Part shown: in pieces, positions 24,195 to 35,243 of the stretch | Position numbering within the stretch: the stretch's first letter is position 1 | Layout: every line of letters starts with the position of its first letter | Assembly: GCA_010356995.1 (NCBI GenBank) | Contig: ML996697.1 | Coordinates: 182,153 to 246,152 of the forward strand | Direction of reading: 5' to 3' | Length of the DNA: 64,000 nt | From: Trichodelitschia bisporula | Taxonomy: Eukaryota | Notes under the pieces: model-generated | The model's input: only the letters and a program-made list of their open reading frames with translations | Told to the model about the DNA's origin: nothing | Database searches by the model: none | Program-made: the position numbers and the translations under genes

Positions 24195-27100
24195 AGGCCG
24201 TACTCTGTTAGTTGCCCCAATCCAGTCATGCCTTCTCTAATGAAATGCAGGCCTGTACGTTGGGTGGAGAAACCGTGGTAATCAGGCTAGCTAAGGCGTG
24301 CCCTTAGAGAACATTAGAACTTAGAGAAAATAATATAATGTTTATCCTTCGCACCCCCTTCTGTCTTTGCCTGCCCGTCATCATGTGCTATGAACTCGTC
24401 GTTAGCTAGTGTAGGATGCGGAAGAAACAAGCCACCGAAGTTTAATTCAAAGCGAACACAAACTGCGCATCGGCCAACTTGAAAAGGAGTAACCGACGGA
24501 AGGTGTATGTTGGCCCTACACTAACGAGCACCATGATTTGGTGCATCCAAGGTCAGGCGGTAAGCGTTTCCAAACCGTTCTTGGCATGGAACTCGTCAGA
24601 AGCATTTGGCTACAGGCCTTATCGTTCCATCGAAGGGCGGGAGAACTCCGCTGTTTGAGGTGGAAGATGTGCGGAGATCAGGAGCGGCTGAAGAACGGAC
24701 CCGGTTGGCTTCCAGTGTGGCTGATCTCAGTCCACTCACAGGACAGAAGACGCGCAGAACTCTTGGAAATCAATTTCCACCTTTACTTCCTGTACTCTTT
24801 ACAGCAACGAAATGGTGCCCGAATACGATATCAACATGGCTGAAGAAGAGAACGACCAATGGACACCATGCTCCGAGCCGGTTGAAGGATTCACGGCCGC
24901 CAATTTCTGTCGTTGGGCTCCTCATGTTTCGACATTTGACGTTCACCCGTCTGCCCACTAAACGCAAGCCTCGCGCGGCAATACAAGCGCAGTCTGTTTC
25001 GGATTGCAACTCCAAGGCCATGGTAAGGGAAATTGGCTTAGTTGTGGGAAATCACAGGCCCGCGTTGTCTCCCATTGGGTCACCACCTGGCGCCAAGTTC
25101 GAATTTGGACGACGCTTCCATCCATGCTTCTTGTTTTCCAGCCTTGTCAGCCAACCAACGAAACAATCGGCATTGGCCGTCAATCCTGGACGCCCTTGTG
25201 CTACCTGTCCAAGCACGGAGTAGAAGCCATTAAAGCTGCTGCAGCTTGCAGGAAGATGCGCACAAGATCAAGAGAGGGTCATGGCTGACGAAGTCCCATT
25301 GTGGGCTTTCGAACTTTGCTTCCGGCATACCCAATGAACTCTGGCTAAAGGATCCAATGTGTCTCACACTGTCCAATTAAGGCACTTACCGCAAACACAC
25401 TTGATTGAAGGTGGCCTTGTGCGACCTGCAAAGCCGCTACTTGTACATGGCCCCGAGACCAGGCATGTGGGCTCAGGATCTATGACCCGTTCTTTTGCTT
25501 CCTTTTGGACTAATTTGATGGGGACAATTGCTCCGTATCCTTGCAATTCGCATGGGTTGTATGGAGCACCTAAAGTTGCACGGCAACTTTCAGCTCGCGC
25601 TTCTGCTGTTGCCGACCTCGTTCTTGGATGAAGATCTGCTAACTGCCGGCCTCTGGTGCTCGGTACCGCTGGAGAGGTTGGGCGAAGAGACTTGACCGCT
25701 ATTTTCCCACTTTGCTCGGGCCCTTAGCAGAACTCCAGATACCTGATGGGAGCAAGGGTCAAGGGGCTAACCCCTCTATGGACAAAGGGGATGCACCGGG
25801 AGAGCAGTCCACCCTTCCTCAACGCCCTGGGGATGTCAGGCGCTCCGCGTTGCTTAGCGGGTTGGTTTTGTGGAAGGAATTATATTGGCAGGCTTGTTTG
25901 CATGGGATATGGTGCATTCTTGTGCTGTTTGGTTGGGACGGAACTCTCACTCAGTTGCCGATATCATACGCAAATGCATGTCTCATGCTGTGTTACATAG
26001 GCACGCGTACTCTGTGCTACATTCTGCTCCTACGCCCAATCTTATGAGATTGTCATCGCCATATGCCGCATGGACTCCTCCTATGGCAGTCGACTTTCTC
26101 TGATCATAGATGCAACCATTCCATTCCCGGGATACCTAGAGCGACATGGTTAGCGCGCAAGGCCTTTGGAATTCAAACTCAGGCTCAGATACGGATCTCC
26201 ACTCTCTATGGTGGCATTGCAAGTTGGTACTTCGACGATTATTGGCTATTTGGAACTCCCAGTGACCGTACCAGATGGTGAGTGATGTGACTCGCCAAGC
26301 TATCAAGACGCCAGGAGTGTGCATACGCCGTTGAGGTATGCTATATATTTACCGGGTATTCCGATGCGCAGGTTCGGACTTTGTCCCTTCTGTTTTCTGT
26401 TCAGCTCATACGTCCCGTGAGTAGTTGCGTTAGCGCGTCGTACATCATAAAGTCTATTCCAATTTCCAGTCTATCCAACAGCCGGCACTTCATTATCCAG
26501 CACCCTTGTGAAGCGCTATCTCGTCCAGAGCATGCATCTGCGCTGCGGGGCGTCAAGAGCAATATCCCTCACCAACATGCGAACGCCTAACCGAGCTCGA
26601 TCCGAACACCCAAGAACAGGTCATCGGTGCCTCCGACGGTACCCAAAACCATCGTGACAGGTTCGCACCCTTGGTATCACCACCCAAATAACGCACCCCT
26701 CCCCCGCCCGTTACACTTCCCCGCTCATCACACACTCCCCCACCGCTAGCGGGCCGGTAAAGTGGGTTCCCGCACCCGCCATCCAGGCGCCTGGGACCGC
26801 CCTAACCATTCACACGGGCCGCGAACGCCGCCCCGTCACCGGCCGCTAGCAAATCACAGGCCTCGTTCAGCGCCACTTCGTTTCAGCCAGGGAGGGGCCG
26901 CCGCCAAGACTGCCCCACGGCGGGGGGCATGCCTTGGCTAGCGAGGGAAGTATTGAAGATTGGCTGGCGAGGCTGCGACCTGCCGCTACGCCGCTACACC
27001 GCCGATGCGGCCATGATGCTGATGTCATGCAGTGTATCTGTCAGCTGGCGCGCGCTGGAAACGGCGGTGAGGCGCGTAGCGCGGATTGGAGTGCGTGCCT

Positions 27101-28030
27101 GTGAGGCCGCCTTGTGGGGCGCGGGGTGGCGGTTCCGGCGCCGTGCTATCGGTGTTTTGACTCCTATGTTGTGCGCCTGGCGTGGGGATTTACCGGTGGA
27201 GGAGGCAGGTGCGCCGGGCGCCTGGTGGGTGGTATTGAAGGTGAAATCGCAAGCCAAGGTGAGGGGCGGTGGATGGGGATGCGGGGGCGCGTGGGGGGAG
27301 GGGGTATTCCGGAGGATTGTTTCGCAATGCGTGAACTTGGGTTGGGGCCGGCTGTAGATAATCCGGCGACGCTGAGATGTCAATAGAGGAAAGAGATCGG
27401 ACAGCTTGGCAAAGAGAGTAGATACGCCTTCAAGCACGTTCAGTCTATTGCTTGTGGGGCGACTTGGGAAGTCAAGATCGAAGCTTTCCGATCTGAGTCT
27501 CGATGCCGATGTTAGTGGGGCATGGTCCAAGCACGTAAAATGGCAACGAGTGCAGAGTGAATGTATGAATGAAGAATGAGATCGGAAGAGAGAGATGAGC
27601 GACGGGGCCGCTCGCATCCGGGTACATTGTTCGTCCATATCCTCCAGTGTTCCTTCCGGCTTCTCCCTTTGCCACTTCCCCGGTTAGGTATGTTCCTTCC
27701 AAGATCATTGATGCACCTTCCAAAGTTATAGATGCTCCTTCTCCACCTCAGCATCAGATCTTCTGCCAACACTTAGGCTTTCGGATGCTTTTGAAAAGCT
27801 GAGGCTGACTTTTAGGGTGAGTGATGGCGAGGAGTTCAGGTACCGCGCATAGAAGCGCATATCAATTAGAAGGGCGGACCTCCAAGAACAGCGGTTAAAT
27901 GCTCATGTCTCATGGTTACTAGAATCGTCCCCGCTGGTGACTGATCGGCTCGGAACTCAGTCCGACGAAACCACTGTTCCAAGCAGCGGAAGACATCCAA
28001 AATATGTCCCTAAAGGAGACGTAACCCTGT

Positions 28031-28148
28031 ACATACGGCCACAGGTTGTAGAAAGCACCAGTCCCCGTCTGCTCACTGAAGTTAAGCTGCAAACCGGTCG
28101 ATTAGTAGTTGCGTGGGTGACCAGCAGCGAATCCCGACTGCTGTATGT
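28031..28148 (+). rRNA. Dispersed 5S rRNA gene
   Basis: 118 nt, ACATACGGCCACAGG...GTTAAGC...TTAGTAGTTGCGTGGGTGACCAGCAGCGAATCCCGACTGCTGTATGT; terminal helix ACATAC/GTATGT, followed by a T-run Pol III terminator. Confidence 0.93.
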
Positions 28149-28659
28149 TTTTCATCTTTTTACCTGAATGCTGTGCCATCATTATCTTTTTGCTCGGCGG
28201 TCATGCTGTTTTATCGTCATGCCAGGGACACAGGTTTGAACCACCATGTTGCCTACGTGATAGCAACTGCCTCATGCTACTCCTTTTCCGAGTGTCAAAG
28301 GCCTGCGGGCATGGCGGATGTAAATTAGATCGTCATGGAATGTTGCAGCCAGGCCCAAGAAGAATTTCTTTTTGGATTTACGTGGCTCCCCTCGCCTCCG
28401 CCGGTGCCAGGAGAAGGGGGTATCGATGGGTCACTCCCCTCCATAGGTTAGGAAGCCCCACCGACCCATTACTCCTGCAGAGGCTCCATAGGAAGTCGCG
28501 TCTATTGCTCAGGCAGCAGCTATCCCTAGAGATGGCATTCACCCCCCAGGTGTAAACACCAGGGAGAGGATATGTAGCCACCTCCCGCTCAATTAGCCTG
28601 GCTCATTCATCCGCTTTCTCCATCTCGCACTAGGGTTTCGTACTTCGTGCCAATAGCCG

Positions 28660-28952
28660 GCGACTTCCCTCGCGTTGGCTTGCGACTTACCTTGCAGTTG
28701 CTTGCGACTTCCCTCGCAGTGGCTTGCGACTTCACTCGCAGTGGCTTGCGAGTTCCCTCGCAGAGGCTTGCGATTTCCCTCGCAGTGGCTTGCGANNNNN
28801 NNNNNNNNNNNNNNNCTCGCAGTGGCTTGCGAGTTCCCTCGCAGAGGCTTGCGATTTCCCTCGCAGTGGCTTGCGATTTCCCTCGCAGTGGCTTGCGAGT
28901 TCCCTCGTAGTGGCTTCCGACTTCCCTGGCAGTGGCTTGCGACTTCCCTCGC
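28660..28952. repeat. 22-bp minisatellite (consensus CTTCCCTCGCAGTGGCTTGCGA), about 12 visible copies, spanning a 20-N gap
   Basis: Units directly visible; N run at 28796-28815. Confidence 0.95.
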
Positions 28953-31900
28953 CTTTTTGGGTGATGAACTGTCTGGCCCGAACGAAAGATCCTAATGTGC
29001 GGAGGCCCGTCACCTCTTCAGGGACCGACTGGTCCAGTAGGAGTTTGTTTGCCTTCCCCGCCGAGCACATAAGATAGGGGCTGTCGTCGCAAGTACAGCA
29101 CGCCGGTATCCGAATGCGGTCTTGATAGTTCGAGAGTAACACTCCGTCAGTCATCTCTAGAGCCCATTCGGTCCATTGACCGTCCCCCTTCCTTACCCTT
29201 CCGGCCTTGATGAGAATAACCGGGCGTCGTCTGTCCATCGCCATGCGCCTGCTTCGTACAGGCAACCCCTTCAGTTCTCTCGTTTCTCGTCGTGCTCGCG
29301 TCCGCCCTTGCCACCATATTTTGACCGCCCCTGCTGTGTCTAAATTGCATACTGAGACAGCAGTCGTTGGGGCCGGTCGTGACTGTCAGGGTGAGGCTCA
29401 GTGCGTCATTCACGTCCTCCATTGCCACTTCGGATTGCTTTATAGGCACCAGAAGTCTCCATTAAGTCTTCAGGAGGTTCACCAAGGCTGTTTTAAGCAT
29501 TGTCCGCCGCAAAGATGCTCCGGGAATCGGGTCCGCGTCCACTGAATGATGATGGTGCGTGCCTCTTGAAATGGGGTGCCTCGAATGTCCCTCGCAGCAT
29601 TGTTTCCGCAGTGATCCCCGTTTGTGGCAGTGCCTCGAATGTCCAGAGAACCGAAAGGGTCGAGTCGATGGTGGTGTTTCAACTTTTGAGACCACAGCGA
29701 AGCCCGCCATGCCATTCCATCTGCAATTGGGAAAACAAACCACAAACGAGTGTCCATTCTTTCACGTGCGCACCCTTTCCTGCACCAGTTTTCCTCCGTG
29801 GCGACTGTTGCTTCAAGAGCTATCGTGAATGGCGTGACTTCGGAGACGTTGCTTATGGTATGGAGATGAGGCCCGGAAGTGTTCAGGCCGCGGAGGACCC
29901 TCCACCTCGACCAGAAGTGGGACCAGATGATTCTCGGCTGCACAGGCGGCCTAGACCTGGTGGTAGATGTCCACAGCCGGATATGCCACTGGCCGGTTGG
30001 TACGGCGATCTGCGAAGCGGAAGGACTGTTTGACAACTTCCCAGGAGGGATACAAAGCCTGGACCAGTGCGGTATCCATGCCCGGAAAAGTGCTTTCACG
30101 CAGGCGGTGATGCTAGGAGCTGACGGTATCGTGAGATGGAGATGGGCGGCAAAGATGCGGCGGAGCTAAGGCGACGGAGATGTGATGAAGGATGATGCGG
30201 AGAGGGTCCAGAGTATACATCCAGACGTCTTGACTTCACGTCTCACGCTTGTACCTCTTTGAAAAGGGCATAGGTCGTGCTGAAGTGTAGAAGTGGGCGT
30301 GCGAGAAGGCGGTGGGCCAGTCGAGGGGGTTCGTCATATTCACTAAACATGTCAGCGGAGACAGAGAATGTAGGTCGTGCAGAATCTTGCATTTTCAATC
30401 TGCCTTCCCGTCCGCTTTGACTCCCTTCTTCTTTTTCTTCTGCTGCCATGCCCACAAGACCACTTTCTTCGGAGGAAGACGAAATAGCTTCTCGGCCTTG
30501 ACAAGCTTGAAGGGGGGGGAGGGATAGAAATCCGGCATCCTCCATGAATAGCTGACATATCCAAGAGCAGCCGCTCGTAGGGCATAAGTTCCGGCGTAGT
30601 GCTGCGACTGGGGTATTGCAAGTCCATGGAAAGACAAAACGCTGATTGCGGAGGACCTGTTCCACAGACATGTATTCTGAGTAGCTCGCAGCTGCTACGA
30701 ACAGTTGAGGCTGGACAGCGACGCCGACTGGAAGCACCCTTCTTCTTTTTGCAAGTGTCCGGCTTTCACACGACGACGGAGCATATCCAGCTCAGCCTCT
30801 CTCGGCAGAGATTCCGGTCCGCACTTTATTTGGCAAGACAGTGTGATGCTCCTCTTCCATTGTCAGCGGCCCATGAGCGCTCCTGACATAAACCGCATCC
30901 GTTGTGCGTACCGTGATGAGCGACGAACACAACGCATCCCTGGCAGGCTTTCGACGAAGCTCCAGAAGCTCCTGGGGCCGAGTTCGCTCTGAAATGGGAC
31001 CTCACTCCTCCTTGCGGCCAACTTGCGCCCACAGGTTCTACTGAATCTCCAATGCCTCGACAAAGTTGCTGGAGCAGGCTTGCCGACCGCTGGATTTCCC
31101 GGTTCAGCCTCTCCAGCGCTTGATCTCGCTTTTTGGCGGCCGCAAGACTTGAGCTCGGTATGTCGTGATTACTGATTTGAAACCAAATGGCTTGCGTAAG
31201 CAGGTAGGCGACGGCTAATAGAGCCCCTATCCGATATCCCACGATAGCGAGGATCGACTTTTGGCTAGTCCGATCGGAGCCATGGCAAGAGCGGTCTACC
31301 GTGACAGCGGGTGGCAGATGCGATTGCCTCAGGTAGGATCGAAGAGACGCCACCGCGCACCTCGCGCCTTCCCCTCCTCGATTTGGACAACGAGCCCTGA
31401 CACCACAACCCACGGGAACAGCTATAAGGCAGTATTTTCACCGAGGTCGACCGCTTACTTTGTTTTGCTGTTGCCTCCCGAAGATACAATGCTCAGTAGA
31501 GATCGATCGGCCGACTGATTACCCGCAAGGCTGCCTGGGAAGTGATCGGGTTAGAAGGTAGGGCGGCAGCTGAGAGACTCGAATAGTCTAATACGGCAGT
31601 CGGGCTTGAAAGTCGAGAAACGGAAGACGACGTCAGGAAAGTGCAGTCTGACGGCAGCGTCGGAGCATGTGAAGGTTCTCCGAGAGCTCTGAGCCGCTCG
31701 TTCCACTGAGTTGGTACAGACCGCCTGCTACTTACCTCGCTTACGAGTACGCGTCCGGCCCACACTGTGGCGGCTGAAGGAACTCAGCTTCCGGAGGCAA
31801 CCCCGGTTCGGTATTGGGGGCCATAAAGCTCGGAAAATATCATGCTGAGTAGGGTACCTCTGACTTATGTTGCAAGTAGCAGGTGTGATACCTCCAACAG

Positions 31901-34900
31901 AAAGTGTCCTCCACCATCGGCGGCTTCAAACGCAACAAAACAGCGCAGTACTCAAATGCCTTTCGAACCACAGTAAACTGACTCCGCCGTGCCGCACATT
32001 CACAAAACTGGACGTGTGAAGTCGGAGAAACGATGGTGCGGGGGTAAGCCATGCTGGAGGCTGGATAAGAGTCTAGACTTTGATCGCCGTCGAGCCCGCT
32101 AAACCCGAATAGCATCGGAGACTTTTCTGATCGCTTGTACGAATCAACACGCGTCTTGAGCAGCTGATTGAGACACGTCAGCCGATACGAAGATATGAGT
32201 AAGAAGAATCGTCATCATCACGTTCAAGGCGTACGATGGTATCTGTCCTCACTTCCGCCTGGCCGAGCTCTTGCAGTTCTGGGTTTGCCAAAGTCTGAGC
32301 TTCTGGCATTAGCGCATACCGTACGTTTCCGTCGACCTGGCACCAGAGCTGCGAACAGCTGCTTGGCAAGCCCTAAGGCTCGGAACACCGTCCGTGGGCG
32401 CCGAGAAAGATGCTCGTTGGTGCGGTGTGACCATCTGAGGCGCTCATGACTTCGTCTTTGCTGGGCGTTGACCGACGGAAACCACGCCATCCGTACTGCG
32501 GCGTCCTGCCACAGTGAGGCTGCTATCATCATCACCAAAGCCGTACGGTACATCAAGTGGACCTGATGTCGAGAGAAAAGGAAGGCTGGTGCACAGGATT
32601 CGCGCATCGGCCAATAAACAGATAAAAAGGCGAGCTACCTCTGTGGTGCGATGAGCCGAGATTGTTGGTGATTGGTCGTCATTCGACAGGCTCGCGATCG
32701 CATCAGGCCATGATCTTTGTTTCCTGCAGACCTGGCTGAAATCTGAAGAACGTGGCTGGTTCTGGGTAGCTGCGGCCTTTTGCGCTGATGCAAGTGTTAG
32801 CCCACCTTGTGAGAAACTTTCACAAGCCCATATTGCTTGTGGGCAATGGAGGATAGATAATCCATGTGCGAAGGTGCGTCAACCGGCATGGCTTTTCCAA
32901 GAAGGATTTGAGAAAGAGAGGGCTGGTGGTCGTTCAAAGTGTGACGAGAAAGAATGAGCATGATCGAGATGAACCGGGGGGTGTAAAAATCAGGTGACTC
33001 TGGTTGCGGGGGAAGTGACCGTGGTGACGTTCGTGACGATTTCTCGACGGTCAAAGGAAGGAGCAGAAGTCCCAACGGATGCAGAAGTTGGAAAGTGCTG
33101 AGGGGCTTGAGAATGCGACTTCTCCGCCCCCCTGCAGAATGGGATTGCCGTCGACGATTCAAGTAACGGTGCACCGGGTCCAAACCAACACTTTACCATC
33201 TTTGACGCCCACCGAGCTGCCGTTGGCAGCCTCGCCGTGCTTTGCCGTTCTGCCTCCAACTTGTTCCAAAGTCCAGCTTCGGCTCCAGACCCGCCGCCGG
33301 CCGATGTCCTGATTCGACGCAAACCCTGCACATGGCTTGCTCACGGCACACCACGGGGATGACAGCCCGGCGCCTGTCGCCAGGCACACAGCAGCCGCCG
33401 CATCTAGAACAATTGAACGGCCTGGCCAGCTGCAGAGAACAGGGCCACTACTCGTAAGGCGGGTCCACCCGGAATCGCCGACGAGCGGGAGATCGATCAT
33501 GATCATGGCCCCATCTCATCGGGGGGAGATCATCAAGAAAGCTAGGTGATCGGAATGCAATTCTGCGCGAAAAGCCATGCCGTACGTAATATGTCAAAGG
33601 TTTCCGGAGGCTAACCGATGTCCCCGATGTCACCGAAATTGCCCATGGCGGTCGATACCCGTACAACCCCGGGGAGGCGGGGAGCGGGGTTGGGATTGGA
33701 CGGGGAGGGGTGAGGCTGGGGTTTCGGTGGGAACCTCGAAAGGAATCCGAGCAACGTGGTTACCTCCACTTGCAGAATCCTTCCCCTCTTCCCCTCCGCA
33801 TTGCAAGCACTGCAAGAGGCTGGAGTAACGAAGCTGCGGATACCGGGTGCACACGTGGTGAATGGTGGCGCCGGGTCGCGTGTTTCCTGTGCAACTTGGA
33901 CTGCTTCCGACTGCCATTCAGGTCCAAGTACGAGTACAGTACATCCGCACCGTTTGGCAAGCTAAAACAGGCTCAAGTCTTACCCTCCTGATAGACCTTT
34001 GAAGGAAGCTGCTACGTGCGGTACTCGTATAGGGCGAGAGAGGCGCCAGAGGAGAATGGAATGGCACTTTACTCACTTCAATATACGAGGTTGGAAACGG
34101 AAGAGCCCGCAGCCGGCTGTCGGTGCTGGGGCTTACTGGTACAGTAACAGACATGGGGAATGTTCAGAGTTGCATCGGTGGCGGAGCTCAATGCTTGGTA
34201 GGTATGTGGTGCCGAGGCCCTTTGCATGTTCGAGACCTTTTGGGCCAGCATGTAGGAACTTCCCGATGGAATAGGCGCAGGAGGTTTAGTGCTCCATGGT
34301 GCTCTAGCGCTCTATTTCCATTCCTCCCGGAGTCTCAACAATGTTCGATGCGGGCCACATGCGAGCCACATGCAACGGGGACCTGGACACAAACGCATGA
34401 AGCTTGCGAACTGGGAATAAGCTCACTGAAGAAGAAGAAAAGAGGAAGGAATCCGAATCTCCCTATCGTCGCTTGAGCTTCTTGACCGGCCAAGGTGGTA
34501 TCTTTTCCTTCTTAACGTACGCACAATGCAAAGTCTCGGTGAAAGCTCCGCAGAATTACGCATTTTCACTCATCAGGCCATTTCCACCCCTCCCCCACCC
34601 CCAGCCATTCCACCCACACACTCCAAAACCCCTCCCCCTTCCTCATCCCCGCTCCCTCATCGCCCTTTGAACGAGTATCGTAGTATGCACAAGCGCATTT
34701 GTAGGCGTCTCTCCGATGACCGTCTCACTCACACTACCCCAAATTTAATCATCCACCCCACATTGGCACCCACACTCTATCCCCTTCTCATCCCTTCAAC
34801 CCCACTCCCACCCCTCCCCCAGCTCGCATAACCGCCGTCCGCCCTTCTTCTCCGCTCTTCGCCCCCTCTCCTGACATTCGACTCAAGACAACGTGCTCAG

Positions 34901-35243
34901 AGTAGTGTTCCCCTCCCCTACCAGACCCCCTGCACACCTAAACTTCGCCGCTGGCCTAGACTTTTCTTATTTTCGAGCGCGATCTAGCTAGTGGTATCGG
35001 CACTTTCCTATATCACCCCATCTTGTCCACCATGCCTTTCCCATGCCCGCCCTTCCACGTCATGACGCGATTTGCTTGCCCGTCATCATCCCCGCCTGCG
35101 TCTAGAATCAAGTTTAGACTCATCGTATGTCGAGACGTTTGAGGCTTCCCTTTCCTACCTCTGATCAGCTACGCCAGATCGTCGGCAGATCGGCACATAA
35201 TCCTTCTGGAAGGAAAAAACAAAGAAAATCATACCCTTGATTG

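Noticed and set aside
28647..29077. Repetitive ORFs in all frames, and CRISPR-like appearance of palindromic repeats
   Set aside because: The 22-bp unit lacks stops by chance; there are no unique spacers and no cas genes, and the context is eukaryotic
29147..31413. Several 100-200 aa ORFs on both strands
   Set aside because: No consistent spliced model or motif found; possibly relics, not supportable as genes
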